Below, piece by piece: positions 12,279 to 26,197 of a stretch of 64,000 nucleotides of DNA. The stretch is from positions 78,432,001-78,496,000 of the forward strand of contig NW_024704742.1 in assembly GCF_018977255.1 (NCBI RefSeq). Direction: 5' to 3'. Numbering within the stretch: position 1 is the stretch's first letter; the number at the start of each line of letters is the position of its first letter. This DNA comes from Callorhinchus milii (taxonomy: Eukaryota). The notes beneath the pieces were generated by a model. That model saw only the letters and a list, made by a program, of their open reading frames with translations. It was not told the DNA's origin and ran no database searches. The position numbers were made by a program, and so were the translations under genes.

Positions 12279-14487
12279 TGCTGTGTGCAAATTGGCTATC
12301 ACATTCACCTACAAAAATAAACAGTGGATCCAGTGAAGCATTTTGAGACATTTTGACAAAATGAAAAGTACTACATTAAATAAAACATTATTGAAGTCAA
12401 TTGGAGCTTTGGCACAACAGTGGAACAACCTCTTAAGAGCTATGAGTTTTTAATTTTATTTGAAGTCCACAGTGGACAAAATATTCTGGACACACTTCAT
12501 TGGCTATCATTGCAGATCAAGGCAGGAGTGAAGGATCAAATTAATATAATGTTTTTCTCAAATATAATTTCAGATAATGATCTGCAGCTTTCTATTTACT
12601 TTTGCTTTTTTCTCCGGTTTATTCCATTAACGTAGTCCTTCCCTCCAACATTTTTATTCTTCTCAGTGTCATCTAATGAACTTAGATGGACTCTAATAGA
12701 CTCAATGGACTTCACTGTCTACATAATTGCTGGTGCCCTTGGAGTTAGTGTCACAAACAGTCAGTGATAGATGCCTCCTGACACATGTGTTAACGTGGCC
12801 TGGACCAAACTGGCCAATTTACAATGTTTTGAAAGTTTAGGATTTTAGCCTCATTTGAATTATTTGAAAATATATGTCGGTGTAAATAATATGGTGTATG
12901 CATATATAGCTGAAAGAAATTTACTCTTTGCATATGTATTTCTGAGTTTTGGCTGTATTATAACCAGCCAAAGCGAATGGTTTATTTTGTGATTTGAATC
13001 CATATAATGTTGAATGAAGGAGGAAGTGTGCACATGCTTATTGTCTGAATGCAATTACCAAATACAACTCCTGAGGCTCCACTAGGGATAGTAAACTCTA
13101 TGAAGCCTTGTGATAGGTATGTAAACATCCAAAGAAGCATGCAACCTCAAGTGGACATGCTTTAAGCAATCTGTCATCCACTGTCCGTAATCTACAACCT
13201 ACTTAATATAGTTGTGTTATTATAGAGTGATTTCACCTATCACACTATTTCACACTAAAGCACATGTATTCAACAACAACCTCAGATATCCTATAGGAAA
13301 ATTGACACTTCTTCAGATTTTGTATGTATATTTCAATGGACTGAAGTTTGGATCTTCTGTACTCACCATCTAAATGTGTCATGATGTTTTCCTCCAGTAG
13401 AAAGCAACATCAACAACTTGCATTTATATAGTGGCCTTATGCAGAATAGTGTCTCGGGTGCTGCACAAGGGCAGGGTTGGAGGCTGAGCCAGGGAGAATG
13501 GGAGGGTGGATGTAACCCTAGACATATTCAAAGAGTTTGTTCTTAAGGCGTGATTTAAAGAGAGGTAAAGTGAGGCGGCGGGATTGTGGCAATAAGCACT
13601 GTAGTCAAGAGAACCCTTGTGCCTGGATTCTCTGCTTAATGCCTGATGATCCAGCCAGGACTAGAAAACTCATCCCTTGGGAGATGCTCAGTGTCAAATA
13701 TTAACTGTGTGTCTGCCGACTTCAGGTGCTCAGGGTAATCTGCAGTGGTGCAATATTGATTCTATAAATGATTACATTTTCACAGTAAACTAAAATGCGT
13801 AGAGATTCATTCTTGTGGAAGCATAGGGAACACATTGACTGTGAAAATCTCCTAATTTTATGTACCTATCAATCTTGGTCAGAGAACCTACTTGTGTAAT
13901 TCACTTCCGTCACTACAGGATACTTTATGATTGGCAAAACTCTCTTGTCGATATGTTTTCTCCGCTGTGTAATACTGCCAAAGATCCTCTTTAATAGTAT
14001 TTAAAAAGGAATTAACAAGCGTAATTGGCTTCTTCTTTTCTCCAATGATTTTCACACTGGTTTCTGAGGAAGGGAATGCTTCAAGAAGCATTAAAAACAG
14101 ATAAATTGCCCTTTAGAGCAAATTGGATTTGATTCAAACCTAAATCTTAGAGTTGAAAGGATTGGTTGCAAAGATATACTGAACCACTAAGATCAATTCA
14201 GATTGGATTGCTGATATACAATAATTGAAAGTAGAGTCCAGTGTCGCAAAAAGGATTCATAACCAGCAAATCCCAGATGTGACTGACCCTTCGGAATTCT
14301 GCTTGGATGCCAACGTCAGAAAAGTAGAAAGTGGGATTGCCATCTGAGTGGAATTTCAAAAAATGAGCCACAACATATCTGGGATTTATTACGTGTGATT
14401 TCTTTGGTGACTTTGTAACTAATCACTTTGACATAAGGAAGCTACCCAGGACCTTGAGGTGGTATAGTGGAGAGCGTTGAGGATAAT

Positions 14488-14582
14488 CCTTTACAGTATA
14501 TTCTGTGAAGCGCTTTGGGACGTCCTCCCGACGTGAAAAGCGCTATAACAAATGCAAGGATTATTATTATTATTATTATTAT
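14488..14582 (+). mobile_element. SINE 3' fragment
   Basis: gaagcgctttgggacgtcctcccgacgtgaaaagcgcta...(TAT)n. Confidence 0.85.
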
Positions 14583-15010
14583 CCTCAGAATTAGAATCCT
14601 AGCCAACAATTGCCCGGATAAAATTGGTCATTCACTTCTTCGCTGTTTATGGGACATTGCTGTATGCAACTCGGCTGCTACATTTGCTTACAAAATACCT
14701 ATCACTTTACAGCGATAAATTGTGAAACAATTTGAGACATCTCAACGTCATGATAAGGCACTATATCAGATGCAAAGATTCTTATATTATTAATGAACTG
14801 TGAGAAGGATTAGATAAGTTTGGACTCTTCAGCCTTGAAAAGAGATGGCTCAAAGAAGTATACAAGATTTGAAATAAGAATGAGAAAGTAAACTGAGAAC
14901 ACTGCCTTGAAATATACCAAGGCAGCAGAACAAGGGGCTGAAGATTGTAATGGGCAATTTTGGGTCAGACCCCAGGAAATATTTCTTTACAGAGTGATTT
15001 GATCAAATTT

Positions 15011-15318
15011 GTGGAGTCCTGTAGCTCAGTGGTTAGAGCACTTGCCTCACAAGTGAGAGACCTAGGTTCGATTCCCGGCAGATCGAAACCTTGGACAAGT
15101 TTCCTTACTTCATATGCCTGATAATAAACCCTCAAGAAAAAAAAATAATAATTTGGTCACTCAATCCACAACTGTTTGTGGGACACTGCTGTGTGCAATT
15201 GGCTGCCACATTTCGCCCACAAATATACAGTCAATTCACTTTACAGTATATTCTGTGAAGCTCTTTGAGTTGTCTAACAGACATGAAAAGTGCTATATTA
15301 AATGAAAGGATTATTATA
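15011..15318 (+). mobile_element. tRNA-derived SINE (more diverged) inserted in a CR1 remnant
   Basis: Same head, body and tail; flanking direct repeat aaatttg. Confidence 0.9.
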
Positions 15319-15350
15319 AATTTGGCAGGAAGGATAGTTGAGACCAGGAT

Positions 15351-15677
15351 GTGGAGTCCTGTAGCTCAGTGGTTAGAGCACTCGCTTTGCAAGCGAGAAA
15401 CCTGAGTTCAATTCCAGGCAGCGCGAAACCTTGGGCAAGTTTCCTTACTCCACACGTCTAATAATAATCCCTCCAAAAACAAAAACAATAATAAAATTGG
15501 TCATTTTCAATCTACGACTGTTTGTGGGACATTGCTGTGCGCAATTGGCTGCCGCGTTCGCCCACAAATATACAGTCAATTCACTTTACAGTGTGTTCTG
15601 TGAAGTGCTTTGGGACGTCCTCCCGACGTGAAAAGCGCTATATCAAATGCAAGGATTATTATTATTATTATTATTAC
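15351..15677 (+). mobile_element. tRNA-derived SINE, young subfamily
   Basis: Near-identical to other copies, long (TAT)n tail. Confidence 0.93.
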
Positions 15678-15844
15678 TATTTGAATGCTGTAATGTGATG
15701 ATGCCAGGGTGGGTATTAGGGAAGCAAGAAATCAAATAGGCTCAAGGGTCTTCTTTATCCAACCCACTTGTGAATTGAGAGAAGAATCTATAGCAGGGAC
15801 CCTTAGGCAACAACCAACAACAATTTATACTTGTAGAATTTCAG

Positions 15845-16520
15845 GTTCGTTCCCCAGTTATCCTTCTTCCCCACCAGGACCCTGACCAGGATCGCTTTCC
15901 TCCACCTTTGCCACATTGTCCGTCTCCGACAATACCTCATTCCACAAGCTGCCAAAACCCCATCTCCACGCCTTCGTCTCCTCTCGGCTGGACTACTTTA
16001 ACCCCCTCCTCGCCGGTCTCCCCTCCTCCACTATTCACAAAATTCAACTCATCCAAAACTCTGCCGCCTGCATTCTCACCCGCATTAAGCTCCGTACCCC
16101 AGTTCCTTGCCAAACTCCACTGGCTCCCTGTCACAGAGCAGATTGACTTCAAGACCATAACTCTATTGTTTAAATCCCTCTACAACAACAACAACAACAA
16201 CAACAAGATTCCATTTATAGAGCGCCTTTCACGTCGGGAGATACATCTTGGCCCATATAAATACAAGTTGTTGCTGTTGTTGTAATTGTATAGCACCCTT
16301 CACGTCAGAAAGACATCCCAGGGCACTGGACAATCAGTGGTTTTCGACCCAGTTGGGATGAAGGAGGGTGGAAGGCATGGAGGCAGGGGTGGGAGGGTCC
16401 CTGAAGTTACGGTCAAAGAGGAAGGTCTGTAGATGGAACTTGAAGGAGGCAAGGGAGGGGGTGAGGTGGAGGGATTGTGGGATAGAGTTCCAGAGTGTGG
16501 GTGCAGAGATGCTGAATGCC
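15845..16520. mobile_element. Cluster of L2 fragments in both orientations
   Basis: SRLDYFN..LAGLP and LHWLP on + (15845-16180); minus-strand 3' tails at 16181-16240 and 16285-16520. Confidence 0.8.
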
Positions 16521-16935
16521 TTATGAAGGCAGGTTATATTTAGCATAGTTCCAAGATTAAGCAGAGGACTCAAGTCACAGGCATCAGGATATTAATACAA
16601 ACAAAGACGTCAGACTTGGTGGGTGATCACTTCTATGCAATAGCACAAATGAAACAAAAATCACATGTTCTCATTCTCATTACTGGGATTAATTAATGTC
16701 TCAAGTTCAGGGTTTTCTTCCTTCTGCTCTCACTATGAATAGGCATCGGTTCAGTGAGAAAAAAGTAACTTTACATTTTTATGTCTTCAACCTAGTTTTG
16801 CTCATTGCTGCAATATGGATAATCTTCTGCAATGTTGAATCATGAAAATAACTTTAGGATCATCAAAGACAGGGAAGCTACTGAAGGGTTTAATGCATCC
16901 ACAGGGTCTCCATTGATAATGAGCCCTGGGCACTT

Positions 16936-17273
16936 ATAATAATAATAATAATCCTTACATTTAATAGAGTGCCTTATCACGCCATTGAATGCTTCAGGAT
17001 TATATTGTAAATTGAATTGACTGTGTGTTTTGTGGGAAAAATGTGGCAGCCAATTGTACACAGCAGTGTCCCACAAACAGTCGTGGATTGAATTACCAAA
17101 TTATTACTTTATTCACGGAAAGTGAATCACTAATTGACTAACAATCGACTTCCTACTTACTGCTAAGTAAACAGGCGTGTGAAACTTACTTAAAGTTTCG
17201 ACCTTCCTGGGAGTCAAACCCAGGTCCTCTTGCTTCCAAGGCAAGTGCTCTAACTGCTATACTATCAGACTCC
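16936..17273 (-). mobile_element. tRNA-derived SINE, older long subfamily
   Basis: Contains the cctacttactgctaagtaaac segment. Confidence 0.82.
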
Positions 17274-17809
17274 CCTTACTCAAGTTAGCTCTGCTAACAT
17301 AGGAACACACAAAGCAGACACTACTCCTTATCCAAATAATCTACAGTTCAGTAATACCTGAGTGAATTAAACTTCCTTCCACATATCATTTGCGACCAAA
17401 ATTTATCACTGCATTCTCTTCCTTTACCTCCCGATAAACTAAACACAGTAATAGCTGTGACCCTCCTGTAATAAATATAGGGTGGTTCTCATTTATTCCC
17501 AGTTGTAACATGCTCTTATGAACAATACCTATTCATCAAAGTATGATCACTTACCAACCTAGACTATCGATGAAAACTATATGTGGAGTCCTGTAGCTTA
17601 GGTTAGATATTATATATATTTTATATAGGCAATTGGAAGAAAGCAACAGTGCTAACACGTTTTATGGCAAGCATTTATTTTTGAGCTGGTACTCCTATGT
17701 CAAGCTAGAAGTAAAATTCAGGGAGAATGTGTTACGTTTCAAAAACATTTACCTTTAAATTTGATATAATGTCTTATTCACATTATCATTATTGTCTTAG
17801 CAATGATGG

Positions 17810-18065
17810 GCATTATTGACCAAGACACCAGGAGACACTCCCTTCTCTTTTCAAATAGTGCTATGGTATCTTTAACATCCTCATAAACAGGCAGATGGGA
17901 TCTTGATTTAAAATCTCTTCTGAAGGGCGGCACCTCTGACAACGCAGGGTACCCCCGGCACTACACTAGAGAGTCATCTTAGACTGTATGAGTTCTGAAT
18001 TCTGATATGGGGTTTGAACCCTAAAACTTCTGTCTCAGAAGTGAGAGTGCTACCAACTGAGCCGT
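17810..18065 (-). mobile_element. Old Deu-domain SINE with tRNA-like head
   Basis: Reverse-complement Deu domain; head ...gtgagagtgctaccaactgagcc. Confidence 0.72.
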
Positions 18066-18309
18066 GCTACCAACTGAGCCAGACTGCCAAGCTAAAGGAG
18101 AAACACTACGTTTTGACTCACAGTGAGGTTGAATTTGTAGGTTGGGCTAACCACCATTGTGCAAATTTGAGGATTAGGTTAATTATGTGCCCCTAATTAT
18201 GTAACCAAATTACAAGGGGACATAGATAGATTAATTTGGCGTCAGTATGGTAGCTGGAGCTTCATGAAGCAAGCTGCAGAAGGAAGAAAGGCAGATCGAA
18301 ATACACTCT

Positions 18310-19160
18310 ACATGGAGAAGCACTAGGAGGGTTAGATGAGCAAAGGGATTTAGGGGTCCAAGAGCATAAATTGTTACAATCTTATTTGCAGAAGCAGCAA
18401 GCAATCAATATACTAATGAGATGCTGGGCTTTATATAAAAGTTCTGGAATATAAAAGCAAGGATGTGTAGCTCGTGTTATATCGAGTGCTGGTCAGACAT
18501 CAGACATCGATTTGTCCAGTTGGAGCACCTAATCTTAGGAAGATTTAGTTGCCCTTACAGGCCTCCAGTAATGATTCTTTCGATTAATACCTGGGACAAA
18601 GTGGCTAAATTAATGATTAGAGACAGAGTAGACTTGAGCTATAGTCCTTAGAGTTGAGAATGTCAAAGGGTGTTCTTTATGAGGTGTTTAAAATAATGAA
18701 GGGAATTGACAGCCTACATAATGGACAAGTAATTATAGTGTCAAAAAAAAGTCCTTGCACTTAATATAATGCCTTATCACATTATTGTTATTCTTATTCA
18801 TAATAATTATTATTATTCGTATTATCATTAATGTTATCACATTAATATTATTATTTGCCCAAATTGGCAGTATGACTTCCATTAAAATTAGAACTGAAAT
18901 AGAAGAGTAGAAGAGAAATTAGACAAACATTTCTTCACCCAAGCAGTTTGTGAAAATATGAAATGCACTGCCCAGAAGGCTATAGAACCAGAATCAGTTA
19001 GGGGAGTTTAAATGGTAGGTAGGTACTCGGAAAGTAAGAGTGTCCAGCGCTATGAAAAAGATATGGAGATGGGATTAAAAGATCTGTTATGATTTTATAA
19101 TGAGGCAGAGAACAAGCTAAATAGACTGAATGGCCTTCTCTGGTTTCCTGTGTTCTGATG
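18310..19160 (+). mobile_element. CR1 LINE 3' remnant, degraded
   Basis: agggatttaggggtcca, ggaatataaaagcaagga, ttcttcacccaag, gactgaatggcct motifs. Confidence 0.7.
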
Positions 19161-19814
19161 CAATAGTCCTGCCATCCCTTTGAATCTGATGCAATGGAAA
19201 TCTCAACCTGGCACCAAGGCCAAAGGTGCGGTAATCAACTCTTGAGAATCAATGTTATATAGATGCTATATATGGTCTGTAAAACCTTCTGGGGCTCAGA
19301 GCTAAAGATACAACAGCTGCCTTGACATATGCTATGCCCTATGCAGGGAGGATTGCCTGCAAAATTACTGTGAATTATTGTAAATAAACAGAGATTTTTA
19401 CCACTGGCTCTTATCCAGCCAACTCGAGGGAGAGGGTTATGTTGAGCAGAACAAAACAGTGATCATAGAACCACTTCAACGCCTCACAGCATGACCTGAT
19501 TGACTTCTGTGATGATTGTTGTTAGACTTGCACAGCAACTGGAGGATTGGAGAGATAGTGCAGATGTTATGTTTCCTTCTTATATGAGGAATCTGACCTG
19601 AGACCTACTGATAATTATCATTTTTTAACATTTCAGTTTTACTAAATTCTGTTAAAAAGAGGTTAAGTAGATATTTAATAACTTTGTGTTAAAAAAAAGG
19701 TTAAAGATACATTTGATAAAGAATTATTAAAACTGGCTTTGGTACCCAGGCAGCTGTGTGAAGCACGGTGAGATGTCCTCCCAACATGAAAGGTGTTATA
19801 TAGGTGGATTACAA

Positions 19815-21160
19815 TAAAATACAGGTAGATATTGAGAGGATGGCTGAATGGGTAGCCAAATGGTAGCTGAAGTTCAATGAAGACAAGTGTGGTGTCATTC
19901 ATTTTGGGAGGAAAAACATAGGGAGAACCTATAAGTTAAAGATGGCAAATCTTAAAGGGGTCTAGGAGTACAGATTCACAGGTCATTGAAGACCATAACC
20001 CAGGCTTTAAAAAAGTCAAAAAGACCTTCAGGATTCATAGCTGGGGGAATAGAGTATAAGGATAAAAAGGTCATGTGAGGTCTCTCTGGTCTATTAGATC
20101 ATCACTGAGAGGCCTTCCTCTTTGACCGCACTTGTGGTCACAACAACAACACAATACATTACACAGAGCCTTTCATGTCAGGAGGTCATCCCAAGGCATT
20201 GGACAGTCAAGGATTTGCACCCGAGCTGGGGTTTGGGATCAGGAGGAGTAGAGGGCATGGAGGGTGGGGTAGGACGGTGACCAAAGGCACGGTCGAAAAG
20301 ATGTGCCTTGAAGGAGGCAATGGAGGGAGCGAAGCAAAGTGACCCCCCACCCTGCCCCCAGCTCTGCATAGCCCCATGGTTCAGCATCAGGCTCCGCCAC
20401 TGTTACGTTTGGAGCTCCTCATTATAGGAAAGATGTTAAGGCACTGAAGCAGTATAGAGACGATTCACCAGGATGTTACCTGGTATGAGGAACAACAACA
20501 AAATTACATTTGTATAGCACCTTTCACGTCGGGAGGATGTCCCAAGGCACTGGACAGACAGAGTTACGGACCCGAGCTGAGGGTCAGGGTGGGGGAGGGG
20601 AGAGGGCAGGGGGGGAAGCAGGGGTATCGAAAGCATGGTTGAAGAGGAGGGTCTTGAGATGGGTCTTAAAGGTGGTGAGGGAGGGGGCGAGATGGAGGAA
20701 ATGCAGTTATACGGAAAAGCTTGATAAACTGGACTTTTATCCTTGGAGCTCAGAAGGCTGAGAGGGGATATAATAGAGCTACATAAGATGATGGGAGGCT
20801 TGAACAGGGTGGATAGGGAGAGATGATTTCCAGTGGTCAAGGGGTTGGGAATTTGAGAGCATAGTTTTATAATCAGACCTGGGAGGTACAGGACAGAGAT
20901 TAGGAGAATTGCTTTCACACAGAGAGTGGTGGGAATGTGCAATTCTCTGTCACAGTCAGTTGTTGGGGTGGCACCATATACAATTTCAAAAAACGACTGG
21001 ACGCATAGTTAAGAGAGAATTACAGTTGAGAGATATGGAGAAAATGCAGGGATATGGGACTAGGGATAGGATTTAGGATAATCACTCATGTGGATTATAA
21101 ACACCAGCTGGACAGGCTGAATGGCCTGTTTCTGAGCTGTATCTTCTATGAATCTATGAA
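19815..21160 (+). mobile_element. CR1 LINE 3' remnant interrupted by L2 tails (about 20140-20340 and 20493-20694)
   Basis: tggtagctgaagttcaatg...cattttgggagg; ttcacacagagagtggtgggaatgtg; 3' end ctgaatggcctgtt...ctatgaatctatg. Confidence 0.78.
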
Positions 21161-21297
21161 TATAAATGTAAATTTGTATAGAATGCTTCTGTACTATTTT
21201 GTTTCATTTACAACATTTGCAATGTGTTCAACTGCTTTGTATTTTTAGCCCTTTCCTCTTTTAAATTAAATTTTTTAAGATGTGCAATGTTTTCACT

Positions 21298-21568
21298 TAA
21301 TAATAATAATATTCCTTGCATTTGATATAATGCTTTTCACATCTTCTAGATGTCTCAAAGCGCTTCACAGAGTATACTTTAAAGTGAATTTACTGTATAT
21401 TTGTGTGAGAAACGTAGCAGCCAATTGCGCACATCAGTTCCCACAAACAGTGACCAATTTTATTATTGTGTTTTTTTTCTTGAGGGATTATTATTAGGTG
21501 TGTGGAATAAGGAAACTTGCCCAGGGTTTCATCCTGCCAGGAATCAAACCCAGGCCTCTTGCTTGCGA
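21298..21568 (-). mobile_element. tRNA-derived SINE, diverged, lacking the extreme 5' end
   Basis: Recognisable tail, body and B-box region. Confidence 0.85.
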
Positions 21569-21579
21569 TTCAATAACAA

Positions 21580-21732
21580 CTTTTAAGAAAGAGGTAGATA
21601 ATTATTTGGGGAGGACAAGTTTGTAGGGCTATGGGGAGAGCGCGGGGGAGTGGGATTGATTTGAAAGACCCGGTACAGACATGATGGGCTGAATGGCCTC
21701 CTCCTGTGCTGTATGATTCTGTGATTCTATGA
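21580..21732 (+). mobile_element. CR1-type 3' end
   Basis: gatgggctgaatggcctcctcctgtgctgtatgattctgtgattctatg. Confidence 0.75.
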
Positions 21733-21854
21733 ACTCATAGTCTAAGCTGAAACTTCATTGCCATGCTGGGAGAATGCTGCATTGCTATTGGTACCAACCT
21801 TTGGATGAGACATTGAATGAGAGGTCCAGTCTGTAATTTTTGAATTCCTCACAA

Positions 21855-22215
21855 TGTAATACCACGGTGGCTGACCAGCATTCCTCAGAGTGATGTTAGT
21901 ATTTTAATACAACCAAAGTGACATTGATAAGCTGTTATACCATACATACAACAGGGAACGCGTAACTCAGATTCAAGGGTGATCAATTCCTTCTTCCGAA
22001 AGAGATGGTGTACGTCAATCCTTGTCCTTATCATTCTGTGTTGGTGTCTTCCTATCCTTCTGACTTACTGGGTATTATACTTTTATATTGTACTATCATG
22101 CCAGCCCTTGGCCAAGTATTACCAGTGGTTTGACCAAAACTATTCCTGACCAGCTCATGCTGGTTCTTTCCTTGTTTTACAGTTGCATTTATAAGTTGGC
22201 CTGTTCAGGTGCACA
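21855..22215 (-). mobile_element. Putative solo LTR, diverged relative of 34067-34428
   Basis: Starts tgtaatac; shares caaagtgaca, catacaac, gattcaagggtgatca, ggtgtctt, ttttata blocks. Confidence 0.4.
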
Positions 22216-22499
22216 TTAAATGTATGTGGCAGACTTCCTGAAGAGTAGCATCTTGGGGCACCTCACAGTGGCAGAGCTTGACATCAAGCTAAGGAGAGAG
22301 GGGAGGTGACCATAGGCACCGCTAAGAGGAAGGAAAAAAAGAGAAAGGAGTTTCTCAGGTATCCTGGCCAGTGATTCCCCAAATAATATTGATCATTCAC
22401 TTTGCATAGGGCACTATACAAGTTTTTCTTGTGGCCGTTTGTGTTGCTGTGTTCAAATTGGCTGAGCCATTCATGTCCAAAATACAGACACTTCACTTT

Positions 22500-23290
22500 G
22501 CTGATATCCTGACTGAATGTCTATCAGACATCAAGTCTTGGATGAGAGCTAACTTTCTATAGTTGAACGTCAACAAGACCGAGGCCCTCCTGATTGACTC
22601 CCGTCAGCGCCTCCTCACCTCAGGGGCTGACAGCATCACCATCCATGGATGCACACTCCATCTCACTGAGCCAGTCCGGAACCTTGGCATCTTATCTTAC
22701 CCTCAACTATCCTTTCTACCCCACATCCGTGCCATGACCCATTCTGCCCTCCCCCACCTTTGCAACATCTCCTGGCTCTGCCAATGTCTCACACTACAGA
22801 CCGAAGGGATCCTCATACATACATTCATAACATTCAGGCTTGACTATGCAAACTCCCTGCTTGTCGGCCTCCCCCAACTCCTCCCTCCATAGGCTGCAAA
22901 TCTCCCAGAACTCTGCAGCCCATGTCCTCTCCCACACCAGGCTCCGTGACCCTATCACCCCATACTCGCCCGACCCCACTGGCTTTTTATCATATAGAGG
23001 ATACAGTTCAAGATCCTGGTCATCACCTTCAAAGCCCTCTATGGTCTCGCTCCCCCCTTACCTCTGCAACCTCCTGACCCCTACCATCCTGCCCGCTCCC
23101 TCCACTCAGCGGGCTCCGGCCTACTTCATGTCCCCCGCCTCGACCGCCCCACCTTTGGTATGTGGGCATTCAGCCACTCTGCCACCACCCTCTGGAACTC
23201 CATCCCGCAGTCCCTCCGCCTCATCCCCTCTCTTGCTTCCTTCGAGACCCGTCTCAAGATCTTCCTCTTCGACTGTGCCTTCGATCATCC
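22500..23290 (+). mobile_element. L2 LINE ORF2 C-terminal fragment
   Basis: NVNKTEALLI...VRNLGI...RLDYANSLLVGLP. Confidence 0.88.
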
Positions 23291-26197
23291 TCCTTTTAAT
23301 GCTGTGATATGACATTATATAAAATCTGTGAGTCCCAATGCGTACTTGTCATTCAAACCTGTAAAGTTGTTCCCACTGTATATATGTGGGGAGCTTCTTT
23401 TGTTGAATCAATTCTCTTCCCCTCTCTGTTTTCGATAATTATAGAGCAAGAATATTTCCAAGGCTTTCCTGCCCTGCCTGCAGCAAATAATATTGCAACA
23501 AAATGCTCTGTTTGCACAGCGATAGAAAAGTGGTAGATCTGACCATACATAGAGATGAAACAGATTAATATGTATTCCCTGTGATGGAATACATCAGGGA
23601 TGTTTTGGGACTCAATCAATATTATCTTCTACCAGGACCAGAGAGTGGAGAGTTGCAGGCTGGTAAAAGGACTAAAAGTTTCCCTGAAAAAATCCTAAAC
23701 ACATTGTGGTGATGTGTTCAAAATATCCATTTATATTGTCTATTTAGACTCACTCAAGTAGTTTGACATAAATAACCTATGTGATTGGATCGTCAATTTC
23801 AGAAATCCGTCAGTCAACAGAGAGGAACACACGTCTGCAGGCTTTATTTGAAGATTAACTTCTGGAAGTGCTTGTGATTTCGCGGTGAGACGATTGATAT
23901 CAAACCTGAAGAGTCAACAACCAGTTTCAAACTGAGGAAATAACATCTTAGATGTTGCCTCGCATCTTTCTCATGTCATTTCCCAGCTCACCGGCACTAG
24001 GAAGATCTGTAGATCGCTACTTAAATAAAAAAAGTAAATTTACAGCTTCTCTACCTTTCATCTGCTTGTCAATTTCCAGTTAGTTTCATTATGTTAAAAT
24101 CAACGCACCAGATAATATTCAGAGAGCAGACTCCTTCTGAATCAGGAGCAGAATCCCTGGAAACTGAGAGCTGCAGTTCATTTTAATGAAAGGAAAAGGA
24201 TTTTAATGAGATAGTATTACATTGAAAGTACTAACAGCAACACTTTAAAATTCAATTTTGGCTAATCAATGATCTGGGGATGATCTTATTTTAACAACTC
24301 ACCAGTGAACAGAATTGTATTAGTTCAGGAGATGATCACAACTCCACAGGCCAGAACCACCCTCCGAGGATTCATAGAGGGCAGGAGGGTGGCCGAAAGC
24401 ATGATCAAGGAGGTTGGGTCTTGAGGCATGGAGGAGGCAAGTGAGGGAGCGAAGCAAAGGGAATGTGGGATGGTGTTCCAGAAGGTGGGGAAGGGTACCT
24501 AGAACTGGAAAGAAATGACATTCCAACATTGGGGTGGGAAGTGTTTCAGATACACTGCGTATCTACCGCTCTTCAGTAATAGAGAACATCAACAGCCACC
24601 ATGGGTTAGGCACCTGGCGGCCAGACCATTCTACTTACCTTCATGGCTAAATAAAATAGCACCGCAAATGGAGGCAGGGGAATTAACTAACTATATGGAA
24701 ATGTATTCCTAAATTAACTTGAGTTAAATGTGCTGTTGCATCCAGCATTTCTTCAGTTCTAACTCAAAATACTAAAAGTACTAAAGAAACACACCTCTTG
24801 CCGAAGTTGTTTTGCTGTACTACATGTTGGTGCACATACAGTCTTTGCCATAAAGTGGTAGGACATTGTTTAATTTCCACAATTTTCTAACCACAGAGTT
24901 CTGAAGATTAGCTATAATAGTCGAGCAGGATGGTAGGGTTTCAGAAGCTCACAGAGGTAGGGTGGGGCAAGACGTGGAGGGATTTAAATGTGAGAACAAG
25001 GATCTTGAACTCAATCCTCTGGGTAATGGGGAGCCAGTGGAGCCTGGTACAAGAGAGGTCATGAGCTGCAGAGCTCTGGATGGTGATGTGTAATGAAATA
25101 CTTCTTGATGTGAACAGCATTATAGTGAGAGATTATGACATCAGTCTGGTTATAACAAATAAAAACATTCGAAAAATAGACAATCCTAAAAATATGCTTG
25201 AACCCAAGCACAGATTTCATTTAATGTTATGTTCATATAGTTTTACTCAGAAAATAAGTAGAAGAAATAGATTTGACTGAACTCATCTACTCCAACAAGA
25301 TATTATACAGTTGAGCTACATGGACACAACCATGAAGAAGAAACTAACAGCGGGTGAGGTATGCCAAATACAACCATGTGTGAAATATCATTTTAATGAT
25401 GCTAAAGACGCTCAAGGCTTCATCACCATGGTAAAGTAAAGAACTTGAGACAGCCATCCTTACCTTCAGAACCCAGTCAGACACAAACAGAAACTTGGTG
25501 TAACATTGAGAGAACGGCGGGGTTAGAGGATCAAAGGACTTCACTTTCAGAGCTGTGGCTTGGGAATTGCTGGTGGCATGCAGACAGCTGGTGCATTAAT
25601 GTGATTTGTTCAAAATTTGCAGAACTTTCAGGAAAAAAAACAGAATTCTCCTTTAAATTGAGTTGCTATAAGAAGGAAATGTGCTCTGGAAGTCACATCA
25701 CTTTCCAATGGAGACTTCAATCAGTCAACCAGTCAGAATTGATTTGTCCTACTCACCCAGACAGCTGTATGAATGCAATGCAAGGCTGCTGCTGGCAGGA
25801 AGTAATGGGAGACATTCAAGGACTGTAGGCTTTAATGAAAAAAAGTTAAAAAAAATACTGCCTGTGTGCTTTCTTTTAGCAAAATAAACTGCTGAAATAC
25901 CTGCTGTCTCTGTTATTGCTCTGCAGAAAAGTGTCATATCAATTTATTTTCAATTTAAACAGTGGATGAGATATGCCAAATACACTAATGTGTGAAATAT
26001 CTGTTCAGTCTTAGCACAAATGACATGAAGTGCATTCTCTTCAAAGGGCATTGCTTAAGCTAAACTGCCACATAGTTGACGTCAGATCTTGTCTAAAAAA
26101 ACAAACTAAAGAAAAACAGAAACACTTCAATCTGCATTATTAGGGAACAAGGAGTTGCAGCATAACAGAGCTTAAATATCTAGGTCTGACAGAGGAA

